Notes: generated from the letters alone by a model not told the origin. A stretch of 64,000 nucleotides of DNA from an uncultured virus (IMG/VR IMGVR_UViG_2912893941_000001) (IMGVR_UViG_2912893941_000001:1-64000); one strand, 5' to 3'. Counted from the first letter of the stretch, positions 9,467-19,277 are shown. Program-made: numbers and translations.

Positions 9467-10462
9467 TTGCCGATATTAAATTTGGGTGGACGTTCTGTAG
9501 ACGTCGACATTCGGTATGAACTCGAACAATTCGACTGGACCCGGCCGACGTGGGGCGGCGAACGCCTGCTGGCCGCCAGTCCATTCAGATACGATCGGAC
9601 TCCGAGCTTTTACGTATACCTCGAAGACACAGTGTCGGCAAAAGCCGGCTATTGGGGCGACTCAGGCGCCTATGACGAAGAGTTTGCGCGGGGCGGGTTC
9701 GTTAAACTGCTCGCTTTCCTGCGCGGCGAAACCGAAGACGACGCAATCGATTACTTATTGGAAACGTATGCACCGGCGGCTGAAGGCGGGCGTCTGACGC
9801 TTCGACTTCCGAAATTAAAGGCCGTCACGAAGCAGGAGCCTTTGCCGGAATCGGTACTCGCTGACACAACGCCGGGACCTAACGCTTATCTGGCGGGCCG
9901 GGGCATTACGGCCGCGGTACAAGAAGAGGCCGGCGTATCACTTGCCGGTAACGCAGTCGCGATCCCTTGGCGGCTTCCTAACGGCCGGCTGGCAAACGTT
10001 AAGTATAGGGCAACGAAGGGGAAGGCGTTCTGGTACGTAAAAGGCGGCTTGCCTATCCGGTATTTAGTTTACGGAATGGATCTCGTATATGCGCAGCGGA
10101 TTAAAAGCGCGGTGATATGCGAGGCGGAAATCGATGCCATGGCGTGGCGGTCTGCGGACATACCGGCGATCGGAACAGGCGGCAGCACATTTAATTTACA
10201 GAAGGCGGACATAATTGCGCAGTCACCTATCGAATATTTAACGGTGGTTACAGATAACGACAAAGCTGGCGAAAAGTTACGGCGGGAGATTGAGCGTTAT
10301 TTGAGCGGAAAGGTGCGGCTTGCGCACGGTTATATTACGGAGGTGAAAGACGCTGATGAACTACTTATAAAGCGCGGTACAGAAGCGTTGCGAGACGTGT
10401 ATGATCGTGCGGAGGTCGTGAGAAATACTTTACGTTTGGGTTCGGGAATTCCCGTACTTTAG
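9467..10462 (+). CDS. DNA primase (Toprim)
   Basis: ICEAEIDAM, DNDKAG and KDADE Toprim motifs; adjacent to the helicase. Confidence 0.88.
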   Translation: MPILNLGGRSVDVDIRYELEQFDWTRPTWGGERLLAASPFRYDRTPSFYVYLEDTVSAKAGYWGDSGAYDEEFARGGFVKLLAFLRGETEDDAIDYLLETYAPAAEGGRLTLRLPKLKAVTKQEPLPESVLADTTPGPNAYLAGRGITAAVQEEAGVSLAGNAVAIPWRLPNGRLANVKYRATKGKAFWYVKGGLPIRYLVYGMDLVYAQRIKSAVICEAEIDAMAWRSADIPAIGTGGSTFNLQKADIIAQSPIEYLTVVTDNDKAGEKLRREIERYLSGKVRLAHGYITEVKDADELLIKRGTEALRDVYDRAEVVRNTLRLGSGIPVL

Positions 10463-10478
10463 GTCGGCGGAGGTTGTA

Positions 10479-10718
10479 TTAACCCTCCGTGTTGCTGTCG
10501 GATACCTCAATCCATTCGTACAGATCTTCGGGCGCGCAACCGAGCATCATTGCGATATTGTAGGTTCGTTCGATGCTCGGCAGGTTCCGAAGCCTGACGT
10601 AATCGGACATTTGCGTTTTTGATACTCCGACCATTGCTGCGAGTTGACTGAGACTAATTCCGCGTTTTTTGCATAGTTCGGGTATCCGACATTTGCCGAC
10701 CTTAAACGTAATAAACAC
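10479..10718 (-). CDS. XRE-family HTH regulator (start may be ATT at 10712)
   Basis: ISLSQLAAMVGVSKTQMSDY HTH; PSIERTYNIAMMLG. Confidence 0.85.
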   Translation of the reverse strand: MFITFKVGKCRIPELCKKRGISLSQLAAMVGVSKTQMSDYVRLRNLPSIERTYNIAMMLGCAPEDLYEWIEVSDSNTEG

Positions 10719-10771
10719 CTCCGTACTACATCAGATAAGGTGTCACGGAGGAAATTATAGACTATTTCCGT

Positions 10772-10993
10772 TTAATTTTCCACATCGTCAGGTACAATTC
10801 GAACAACCTTCTCGATAGGAACCTCGAGAAATTGGCATATAACATCGATCGTACCTATGTACATAGTAGCGTTTTTAGTCATGTGCTGCTTCTTAATACT
10901 TGCCTGTGTGTCAGGAGAAATGCATTTTCTTAGGTGACTAGGCTTTAGTCCTCTTTCTTTTAAAGTCTGGTATAAGGGCGAAAAATCAACCAT
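10772..10993 (-). CDS. Cro/C1-type HTH_26 regulator
   Basis: FSPLYQTLKERG...IDVICQFLEVPIEKVV; AAAGGAG RBS; divergent from aimR. Confidence 0.82.
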   Translation of the reverse strand: MVDFSPLYQTLKERGLKPSHLRKCISPDTQASIKKQHMTKNATMYIGTIDVICQFLEVPIEKVVRIVPDDVEN

Positions 10994-11010
10994 TTTAAAT
11001 ACTCCTTTTA

Positions 11011-11069
11011 AAAAATGTCGGCACTACTGAACAAAAAATGTAGACACTGCTGAACATTTATCGTATGAT
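11011..11069 (+). promoter_or_regulatory. aimR promoter with a tandem 23-bp operator-like repeat
   Basis: TAGACA(11041)-N17-TATGAT(11064); repeats AAAAATGTCGGCACTACTGAACA and AAAAATGTAGACACTGCTGAACA. Confidence 0.65.
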
Positions 11070-11128
11070 TCAATTATACTCTAAATTGAAAATAATTCAA
11101 GAAACGGCAGAAAGGGGGCTCTCCAAAA

Positions 11129-12313
11129 TTGGAGGCGATAAGACGAGAACTTTGTGACTTCATCGAGGACCATGATATAAAGTATTCTCAGATAGCAAAA
11201 GAACTACGTGTTGATAAATCATCGATGACAAAATTTAAAAAAGATGGCACGATCGGCTTTAGGGCATTAGTAGTTATGGCGCACTTATTATTTCCAAAAG
11301 ATCCAGACAGTAAGATTTCGAGCTGGTGCATACAGTTAGACGATACCTCTAAAGAGATGGTTAAACAAGCATTTGAGTATGCTGCGATAACCAGAAACAC
11401 TAAGCTACTTGAACACTTAATTAATGAACATAAGGGGAAATCTCATCTAAAATCGTATGTTTCTATGTATCGTACTATATTAAATTATATGGATATGAAA
11501 ATATCGATTAAAGAGATGATTCAAGAAATGAACGAATTCAAGGCTTCAAAAGATAAAGAGCTTCACATACTAGCTGGAATTTACAAGTGTTATGGAAATT
11601 ACAGTTTGGGGGAGTACTTCCTCGTGATTTCTGAGGCGATGGAAATTGGAAGAAGCATAAATAAAATGAATGATAAAAGAGAGCTATTTATAAAGGAGTG
11701 TTATATTCATAGGTTTGCAGAAATGATAGCTCCCACATATCTCAAATTAAATAATCTTAAAGGGGCGGCACATTACGCGAATATCATACTACAAGCTAAT
11801 ATATCTCCAAAATTAAAAGCAGATGCCACCTATCTTCTAGGAATGACCAAATTACTTCATAATCCAGACGAGTCAATTAAATATTTTGAAAAAAGTTATT
11901 CTCTAATGCGACTAACTGGTGTAGATTATCTCATAAATGACTCTTATAATAACTTAGTAATGGCAAAAGCGTATCAGTATAGAAGTGATACACAAAAGTT
12001 AAGTAAATACCTTGAAACTTTAGAGGAGGTGGTTTATTTAGAAGAAGGAGACAGTTTTTATGAGTGCTTAAAGATCTATGAAAAAGGGGGTGTTGATAAT
12101 CTTCTTGAAGGCCATCGTAAATTCTTATATAAGTCAAACTTCTTTATTTCAGCGCTTATAGCTTCAGATCTACTCTCCACAGGCATACACCCTTATTTAT
12201 TAGAAACATTGAGTAGTTACAAACACAACAAAAAGGAGATGTTTTATTTTGAAGAAGATTTTATTGAGTGTTTTAGTGATCGCAGCGATTTTTTCAGCAG
12301 CCGGACAGCTTAA
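11129..12313 (+). CDS. aimR: AimR-family arbitrium peptide receptor (RRNPP: HTH plus TPR)
   Basis: N-terminal HTH, AFEYA motif, TPR-like helices, about 390 aa; directly followed by a secreted pro-peptide gene. Confidence 0.85.
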   Translation: MEAIRRELCDFIEDHDIKYSQIAKELRVDKSSMTKFKKDGTIGFRALVVMAHLLFPKDPDSKISSWCIQLDDTSKEMVKQAFEYAAITRNTKLLEHLINEHKGKSHLKSYVSMYRTILNYMDMKISIKEMIQEMNEFKASKDKELHILAGIYKCYGNYSLGEYFLVISEAMEIGRSINKMNDKRELFIKECYIHRFAEMIAPTYLKLNNLKGAAHYANIILQANISPKLKADATYLLGMTKLLHNPDESIKYFEKSYSLMRLTGVDYLINDSYNNLVMAKAYQYRSDTQKLSKYLETLEEVVYLEEGDSFYECLKIYEKGGVDNLLEGHRKFLYKSNFFISALIASDLLSTGIHPYLLETLSSYKHNKKEMFYFEEDFIECFSDRSDFFSSRTA

Positions 12314-12377
12314 AGGGTTTGAATACGCAAGCAGTGATAAGACCTTCGGAACAGCTGAACTTCGCCCCGGAGGTTGA
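12249..12377 (+). CDS. aimP: AimP arbitrium pro-peptide MKKILLSVLVIAAIFSAAGQLKGFEYASSDKTFGTAELRPGG; predicted mature peptide ELRPGG
   Basis: AAGGAG RBS, TTG start, Sec-type signal peptide, Ala before the C-terminal hexapeptide; overlaps the aimR 3' end; not in ORF track. Confidence 0.85.
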   Translation: MKKILLSVLVIAAIFSAAGQLKGFEYASSDKTFGTAELRPGG

Positions 12378-12387
12378 TAATACAAGC

Positions 12388-12413
12388 AGAGCCTTCGGGC
12401 TCTTTTCTTTTTG
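12388..12413 (+). terminator. Intrinsic terminator after aimP
   Basis: AGAGCC-TTCG-GGCTCT hairpin followed by TTTCTTTTT. Confidence 0.85.
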
Positions 12414-12532
12414 TCTATACAAGAAGTTGACTAAATTTCCATAATATAAATATCGCAACTTTCCGAAAAAACAAACGAATTTTTGGTACGATATGGTCAT
12501 AGAAGAAATTAATAAAAAGTTTTTAAAAAGAA

Positions 12533-12572
12533 ATGTCGCAAAATCATTTACTGCCTACCCGTTATATAAGTG
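12533..12572 (+). promoter_or_regulatory. Phage-specific promoter-like motif, copy 2
   Basis: ATGTCGCAAAA-N10-CCTACCCGTTATATAAGTG just upstream of the RBS of the sigma-like gene. Confidence 0.75.
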
Positions 12573-12594
12573 TAAGGCGAAAGGAGATATCAAA

Positions 12595-13122
12595 TTGGAA
12601 CAAAAACAATTTAATAGACTTCAGTTAGCAGCCGACAGTGGTGCGATTCCCTACGTAACTAAGGAAGCGGAACGAATCGCCCATCTAATTCCGGATTTTA
12701 CCTCCTTTGAGCAGGAGTGCTATCAAGCGATCGGAAGGACGTTAGAAAATCTTGCGGAAAATGGACGCGAAAAAAAGGCGTTGATACAGCGCATTATTCG
12801 CGAAACCCGGCATAGATTTGTGAAGAATAGACGATCTAGGGACGAAATCGCAATCGAAGCAATTAACGAAGAAGGAACCGTTTGGGAGCCGGAAGACACT
12901 TTGGCGAGTGTTGAGGACGCGGTTTTGCTTAAAGAAAAAGTCGCCCTGTTGGCGCAGGACGACGAAAGAAAAAAACTTATTCTCGATACTTGGACTCGCG
13001 GATGTACAAACGATACGGAAGTTTCCACGTTGTTGGCGCAACGTTTTGGAGGAAATGCTCCGTCCCATCGAAAGTTTATCCAACGATTCCGATCAAACTG
13101 TCAACGCGAATTAACAGCTTAA
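12595..13122 (+). CDS. Putative phage sigma-70/ECF-like transcription factor
   Basis: AAGGAG RBS then TTG at 12595; region-2-like RIIRETRHRFVKNRR, acidic linker, region-4-like C-terminal HTH. Confidence 0.6.
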   Translation: MEQKQFNRLQLAADSGAIPYVTKEAERIAHLIPDFTSFEQECYQAIGRTLENLAENGREKKALIQRIIRETRHRFVKNRRSRDEIAIEAINEEGTVWEPEDTLASVEDAVLLKEKVALLAQDDERKKLILDTWTRGCTNDTEVSTLLAQRFGGNAPSHRKFIQRFRSNCQRELTA

Positions 13123-13264
13123 TATTTCTGTCGCAGCTAGGCCCGAAGGACTTTCGCTACGTCCTCATTGTATTGCATATTGTCAACGAATTCAAGAGAA
13201 CAATTATGCGAACATGTCCTCGGCCTAGTGCGATTATCCTTAAAATAACGGAGGCTAACGTACT

Positions 13265-13420
13265 ATGCATACATCGAATTTACCCACATTTAACGAATCT
13301 CAAACGCTTTTAGCGCTAGATGAGCGCAAACTCACCGATTTCATTTACCAAGGCGCATGGCCGCACGATGAAGATCCGGCCGATTACTATCCGGCCATTA
13401 AGGCGGTGCGCGTCGGATGA
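13265..13420 (+). CDS. Small hypothetical protein (51 aa, not in ORF track)
   Basis: GGAGG RBS; MHTSNLPTFNESQ...; ATGA coupling to the next gene. Confidence 0.6.
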   Translation: MHTSNLPTFNESQTLLALDERKLTDFIYQGAWPHDEDPADYYPAIKAVRVG

Positions 13421-13935
13421 TTACCGCCGGTCAGGTCAAGTTTTCGCACCACGCACGCAAGCGCCTGAAGGAACGTTACAATATTACGAATTTACACGTA
13501 GCGCGTAAATGGATTGCGCAAAAGCTTCAGCACGTAAAGTATCTCGGGATCACCGTAGATTCTAACGGTAAGGAAGCGCGAATGTACGGCGGAAAAGGAG
13601 TCATTATACTCTTCGCGCTGACTAGCGATTATGTACTGACCGTTCATCCTCCCGAAAAGAATACGGCGATCCGATTTATCAACGAAGCGTACGACACGAT
13701 GAAACAAAGCGTAGAGGCTGCGGTTCAGAATAACGAAAATTATGCCGCGGAACTTCACGAAGAAATAGCGCACCTGACGGCCGAGCTTAAACGAACGCGT
13801 TCAAAAGCGAAGAAGATGGCGTACCAAGCGCGAATCAATGCGGTTCAGATGCGGATTGACGAATTACCCGCCGAATCCTTCGAATTAAAACGCAGGCTTA
13901 CAAAAGCGGCGAAAGGAGTTGCGGCGTATGTCTGA
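13417..13935 (+). CDS. Hypothetical protein with a C-terminal coiled coil
   Basis: FSHHARKRLKER motif; coupled ORF. Confidence 0.7.
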   Translation: MITAGQVKFSHHARKRLKERYNITNLHVARKWIAQKLQHVKYLGITVDSNGKEARMYGGKGVIILFALTSDYVLTVHPPEKNTAIRFINEAYDTMKQSVEAAVQNNENYAAELHEEIAHLTAELKRTRSKAKKMAYQARINAVQMRIDELPAESFELKRRLTKAAKGVAAYV

Positions 13936-14172
13936 TCTTTCGTGGGTGGGACCGATTGCCGCCGTCATCATCGGATTAATACTTTTCGGCATGTGGACGC
14001 AAATTGGCGAAGACGACGCATGATAGGCGCGTCGCGTCCTCGGAGAATGCCGGGGCGGCCGTTAGGTAATCCGTGTCGCGTCGCTACTGCCAAGCGCTGG
14101 CGGCGTTTCGGGCGCAGATACCGGCATTTTGCGAGGGCGAAAAGCCTTAATAAAAACGTAGGGGGAAAACGA

Positions 14173-14928
14173 ATGAGCATTCGAGATATCTTAAAGAAAC
14201 GTGAAGAGGAACGGGATAAAGCGTCAAGTGGCGAAAGTGAATTCCCGGAAGGTGTTACGCGATATGTTCGCGTTGGAAGCTATGGAGAAATCAACAAAGA
14301 CGGACGCAACTTAGTCATTCTCGCGCAGCCTGACGATTGGTACATCTACTTTGTTCACGAAAATAAAGAATACACGGGGAAAGGTTATGATCACAAATTC
14401 CGCAAACACACATGCCTGCACTCTCCACACGATAAAGTAGGTACGGAAGAATTACAGCAGTATTTCCGTCCAGGTAAGGCTGAATGCATTTCGTGCAAAG
14501 CCGGTGCGCAACGTAAGATGTTTTTTATGATTCCGGTCTACGATCCGAAATATAAAACCTATCGCGTAATTGATATCGCTGAGTTCCACGCGAACAATTT
14601 AATCGACGACTATGACAAGGCCGAGAAACCTGCGAAGAAGATCCTTCCGGATTACACACTCGTAGGTCAGGCGGTTCACTTTAAACAGGCAGATAAAACG
14701 TACTCGTTGGAAACGGGTGATCTCCCTGACGAAGTCATTGAAGAAGCAAAAGCATTTATCGGCATCGATTACAAGTACGAAGAGCTCGCAAACTTTCGTG
14801 AAGAAAGCGACATTGTTAAGCTGCTACACGAAGCGAAAGACGGTGTTAAGAAATCTGTATTGCCTCCGTTAGAGGGCGGCAGTGCGACAGACTCTAATGA
14901 ACCTACTTCCGAAGAATTACCGTTCTAA
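14173..14928 (+). CDS. Single-stranded DNA-binding protein (gp32-like)
   Basis: GGGGG RBS; His/Cys metal-binding motif; acidic tail ending EELPF. Confidence 0.7.
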   Translation: MSIRDILKKREEERDKASSGESEFPEGVTRYVRVGSYGEINKDGRNLVILAQPDDWYIYFVHENKEYTGKGYDHKFRKHTCLHSPHDKVGTEELQQYFRPGKAECISCKAGAQRKMFFMIPVYDPKYKTYRVIDIAEFHANNLIDDYDKAEKPAKKILPDYTLVGQAVHFKQADKTYSLETGDLPDEVIEEAKAFIGIDYKYEELANFREESDIVKLLHEAKDGVKKSVLPPLEGGSATDSNEPTSEELPF

Positions 14929-14962
14929 TCACGTACCAACCAAACGAAAAGGAGGCGCTTAT

Positions 14963-15397
14963 ATGGCGCATAAAGCAGAAGATACCGGCAAGTATTCGGA
15001 ACTGATCGCTCGTGCTGCGCTGCTGGCTAGCGGCTGGCAGGCGGTCAGTACGTCCGAAACGGAAGAGGCGTTCGATATTAGCGCAAAAGATCCGTTGAGT
15101 GGCGAGTGGAAAACGTTTCAGGTGAAGACGATTTATGATCGGAAGAAGCGCGGCAGCCTTATCGTTCAGGCGCGGAAAAGCGACCGGACACCGTATAAGC
15201 TCGATGAAGTCGATTACTTTATCGGCGTGCTTATCGGCCGTGGTCCGGTACCTACCGTGTGGATGTTCGAGAATCGCGAGCTTACCGAGTATTGGGGGCC
15301 GCAGTCGAAGGACGGCAAGCGGTGGGTTCGGATGGATTTGAATTTTCGGCGCGAAGACGTAGAGATTACGGAAATTAACGAATCGGAGGCGGTATAA
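14963..15397 (+). CDS. PD-(D/E)XK nuclease
   Basis: GKYSE, FDISAK, FQVKT and VDYFIGV motifs; AAAGGAGG RBS. Confidence 0.65.
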   Translation: MAHKAEDTGKYSELIARAALLASGWQAVSTSETEEAFDISAKDPLSGEWKTFQVKTIYDRKKRGSLIVQARKSDRTPYKLDEVDYFIGVLIGRGPVPTVWMFENRELTEYWGPQSKDGKRWVRMDLNFRREDVEITEINESEAV

Positions 15398-16642
15398 ATG
15401 GCGAAATTAAACGGCGTTAAGACACTCGATATGGTGAACGGTGAAATTACGAAGGTTGCGTATGGCGGCGCGGAATATGTGAAGGCGGAAGGTTTACCGA
15501 AGATGGGCGATTTGGTACTGGCCGACAAAGGCGGTTACGACATTACCTATGGCGCTTTCTACAAAATTACGGAGGATGCCGACCATGCGGACGACGTTAG
15601 ATTCTTGGACGACGTGGATGATGAGCGGGTTAGAGATGACGACGATTACGTACTCTTCTGCAAAGTATCCGCTAGCACCGATCCGTCCTTAGAAGAACGC
15701 GTCAGCTCCGCGGAAGGCGAAATCGAATCGTTAAAATCCGACGTGGCTAAGTTGAAGGGTGAAGCGGGGTACGTACGGATTGACGCAGATGAGGCGAATG
15801 TGGGCGATTACGTTAAGTTCGATGATCCTCCGGACTACTTAACCGATGAGGAATATTACGAAATTGTTCGATTCGATAGTTATAGAGATCCTTGGATCAC
15901 TGACGATGATGGAGACGAGTATGACGCTAGTAACCGTGACTTCGTATTCTACCGCAAAGTAAGCGCCGTAAACGTAGAAGCTGAGCGTCTGAGGGTCGGT
16001 GATTATGCGAAGGTGGTCGGTCAGGCTATTGTCACCGAAAAAGGAGACATCGTTAAAGTGATTCAAGATACGGGCTGTCAGGTTCCTTTTATGGTCGAAA
16101 CTATGGACGGTAAAGACACGGAATGGCGTACAGAAGAATCACTCGTACGCGCCACTGACGAAGAAGTTGCCGAAGCTAAAGACGCAGCAGCACGCGCTAA
16201 ATTCAAAAGAGGCGCTAAAGTGCGGTTGCTTTCAGGCGGCGGACCGTACCCTTTACGCGGGTTTGAGAACGGTAAGATTTACGAGGTTGGATATAATAAC
16301 TTCGATCATCCTGAGGGTAAACGTATTCGAATCGTGGGCGATGCCGAGCGCTTCGGCTATGCAACGCCGGATCAGCTCGAAATTTTATCCGAAGAGGAAG
16401 TCGCCGAGATCGAACGCCAGCAAGTCGAAGAAGCGAAGTGGGCGAAGATCGGACGTAAGGTCGGCGAGTATAAGAACGGCGATGTTGTTCGCTATGACTA
16501 CGGAGATAACGAGATTTGCGAAGTCGTGGACGATACCGAAGAGGGTCGCGTAGGAGTTCAAACGAAGGAGTACGGAATTTGCAGAGAAAAACCGGCAAAC
16601 CTGCGCCTTATCACGCCAGTCGAGGCGCGCTTTGACCGCTAA
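15398..16642 (+). CDS. Hypothetical protein with repeated SH3/KOW-like modules
   Basis: Repeated (K/V)GD.V(K/R) units. Confidence 0.7.
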   Translation: MAKLNGVKTLDMVNGEITKVAYGGAEYVKAEGLPKMGDLVLADKGGYDITYGAFYKITEDADHADDVRFLDDVDDERVRDDDDYVLFCKVSASTDPSLEERVSSAEGEIESLKSDVAKLKGEAGYVRIDADEANVGDYVKFDDPPDYLTDEEYYEIVRFDSYRDPWITDDDGDEYDASNRDFVFYRKVSAVNVEAERLRVGDYAKVVGQAIVTEKGDIVKVIQDTGCQVPFMVETMDGKDTEWRTEESLVRATDEEVAEAKDAAARAKFKRGAKVRLLSGGGPYPLRGFENGKIYEVGYNNFDHPEGKRIRIVGDAERFGYATPDQLEILSEEEVAEIERQQVEEAKWAKIGRKVGEYKNGDVVRYDYGDNEICEVVDDTEEGRVGVQTKEYGICREKPANLRLITPVEARFDR

Positions 16643-16991
16643 GCCGGCCGCCGTCTGCGCCGCATGTAACGCTAACCTTTACGAAGGGCGATCCGCAATT
16701 TACGATTCGCTCTTCGAGGTTTACGCGTGCGGGCCGTCTTGCTGGTCGGAATGGTATGCAGAAAACGAAGCGGGATATAAACGAAGATGGACGGAGGCGG
16801 TCGATTTATGAGGAGATTACCGAGAGCAATCGCATTTCTATTCGGAATTATAGCCGCATTTGTTGCGGGCGTATTCGCGCTTTATTCGGCTGTAGCTCCG
16901 TTAATTTTATTGGTAGGCGTAATAATTTTCGGATACCTGAACGTAACGAGCGATTAAGCGGACTTTATTACGCGAGGAAGGAGGACGACGG

Positions 16992-19277
16992 ATGGAAGGC
17001 TTACGGTTAAACTTGAACGCGCTTAAGCCGGCGGCACCGAAATCGGACGCAGTAGAGGAGACGGCCAAGCGGAAGGCGAAAGCCAAGACCGCCGAGCCGA
17101 TCGAGGAAAGCTGGCGCAAGATATTCGCGATGAAGCTATCGGATGCCGATCGCAAAAGGGTAACGGAAGTCAAGGCGGCCATGGATGCGGGCAAACTAGC
17201 GCGCGATCCGGCTGACTGCGTGAACAAGGCCGGCAACCCTAAAGCGTTCAGCAAGGCGGAGGCACTCCGGCTATGGAAGACGCTTCAGGAATCCCAGCGC
17301 GAAGAAACCTTGCGGCAGATGGTCGAGAATACGCCGGATAATTACGAATTAATTACGACTGAAGAACGATTTCAGGCGCTAATCAAGGCGTTAAATAACG
17401 AAACAATAATCGCAGTTGATACCGAGACGACGGGCGTAGATGTCTATACGGACGTAATCGTGGGGCTTTCGCTGACGTTGCCAAACGCTGACTGGCACGT
17501 TTATATACCGGTGGATCACGTTGATTGCGAGCAGTTAAGTCGCGAATATGTACTCGAAGGTCTGGCGCCTGTATTTAACGATGAATCAATCGGCAAGGTT
17601 TTACACAACGCGATATTCGATATTGCGATGCTTCGGCGGCATGGGTTCGATTTGAAAGGCGTCGCTTGGGATACGATGACCGCGATGCACCTTCTGAACG
17701 AAAACGAGAGTGATCGAACATTAGGCGGAGCCGGTTCGTTTAAGCTCAAAGACTTAGCGCCTAAATACTTAAAAACACCGGCAGACACTTTCGATGCTCT
17801 GTTCGGCAGGAATGCGCAATTTAAAGAAGTTCCGTTAGACCTAGCGCTAGTTTACGCAGCGAAGGATACGGAATTAACGTGGAAGCTGTACGAATTTCAG
17901 CGTTATCACATGGCGAAAATACCGACGGTTTTGGAATATTATCAAACCGTTGAAGTTCCGTTATTGTATGTAATCGTCGATTTAGAAGCCAACGGATATA
18001 TTCTTGACTTGGATTTCGCGAAAGAATACGGAGAAAAGCTGCATAAGCGTGCGGAGGAGTTGCGAAAGGAATTAGTTGTGGAGTTGACGCCATTCCATGA
18101 AGGAGACGAACCGATAAATCTAAACTCGACTCATCAGATGCGGCCCGCACTTTCAAAGGCAATCGGCAAGGAGCTCCCGAATATGGACGCTAAGAAAACG
18201 CTCAAGCCGTTGAAAGACGACTACGATGTCATTGCGAAACTCCTAGAGTACAAGAATATCGTTAAGTTGAGTGGTACGTATATCGACACGCTGCCGACAA
18301 AGCAAAACCCAACAACTGAGCGTTGGCATTCGCGATTCAATCCGATGGGAACCGTGACGGGCCGATTCAGCTCCGGAAAGGACGAAGAGGATAAAACGCA
18401 GCAAGGGTTTAACGTGCAGAATCAGCCACCGGAAGCACGTCCGATGTTCGGTCCTCCTCCCGGAAAGCTGCTAGTAGGCGCCGACTTTAAAGCGCAGGAA
18501 ATCAGGTGTGTGGCGCACCTGTCGGGCGAACCAGTACTGATTAATGCGTTTTTAGAAGAACGTGATCCATACGCAACGATGGCATCGAACTTCTACAAAC
18601 GACCGTACGAGGAAGTTTATAAGAATGCTGATGGTTCCGACACAAAAGAGCGAAAGAAAATGAAGGTCGCATGGTTAGCTACATTATACGGAATGAGTGA
18701 TTATTCTCTAGCGGATATGCTAGGCGTAGGTAAGAAAGAGGCGACCGAGTTTAAAGAAGAGTTGTTCGGAAGTATGCCGAAGCTGTCGGCGTGGTTAAAA
18801 GAGAACGAAGAATTTGTGCGAAAAAACGGATACGTTTGGGCTGATCTGAATGCGCGAAAACGCCGGCTGCCAGACGCTAAACTACCCCGCAAAAACATTC
18901 CGTACGGAAAATGGAATGATCCAAAATACGATGACGTAAGAAAACACAACTCGCGAATTAATCGCGCTTTGCGTCAAGCGACAAATGCTCGCGTACAAGG
19001 GTCGTCGTCTATTCAAACGAAAGTCACGATGATTAAAGCGCACGAATATTGCGCTAACAAACCGGGCTGGGCGTTGTGGTCAACGGTGCATGACGAACTC
19101 ATTTTTGAAGTTCCGGAGGAGTTTACGTGGGAAGAAGCGCAAGAAATTCGCGATATCATGCTTAATTCTTACCGTTGGGGAGACGTTGTGCCGAACGGAA
19201 CGGATATCGAAGTGATGCGCAAATGGGGCGAAGGTGTGCCCGTAGAAGAATGGTTCAAAAAAGAGGAGGCGGTTTAA
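16992..19277 (+). CDS. polA: Family A DNA polymerase with a 3'-5' exonuclease domain
   Basis: AVDTETTG (ExoI), TGRFSS, DFKAQEIR (motif A), K....ATLYG (motif B), VHDEL (motif C). Confidence 0.95.
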   Translation: MEGLRLNLNALKPAAPKSDAVEETAKRKAKAKTAEPIEESWRKIFAMKLSDADRKRVTEVKAAMDAGKLARDPADCVNKAGNPKAFSKAEALRLWKTLQESQREETLRQMVENTPDNYELITTEERFQALIKALNNETIIAVDTETTGVDVYTDVIVGLSLTLPNADWHVYIPVDHVDCEQLSREYVLEGLAPVFNDESIGKVLHNAIFDIAMLRRHGFDLKGVAWDTMTAMHLLNENESDRTLGGAGSFKLKDLAPKYLKTPADTFDALFGRNAQFKEVPLDLALVYAAKDTELTWKLYEFQRYHMAKIPTVLEYYQTVEVPLLYVIVDLEANGYILDLDFAKEYGEKLHKRAEELRKELVVELTPFHEGDEPINLNSTHQMRPALSKAIGKELPNMDAKKTLKPLKDDYDVIAKLLEYKNIVKLSGTYIDTLPTKQNPTTERWHSRFNPMGTVTGRFSSGKDEEDKTQQGFNVQNQPPEARPMFGPPPGKLLVGADFKAQEIRCVAHLSGEPVLINAFLEERDPYATMASNFYKRPYEEVYKNADGSDTKERKKMKVAWLATLYGMSDYSLADMLGVGKKEATEFKEELFGSMPKLSAWLKENEEFVRKNGYVWADLNARKRRLPDAKLPRKNIPYGKWNDPKYDDVRKHNSRINRALRQATNARVQGSSSIQTKVTMIKAHEYCANKPGWALWSTVHDELIFEVPEEFTWEEAQEIRDIMLNSYRWGDVVPNGTDIEVMRKWGEGVPVEEWFKKEEAV

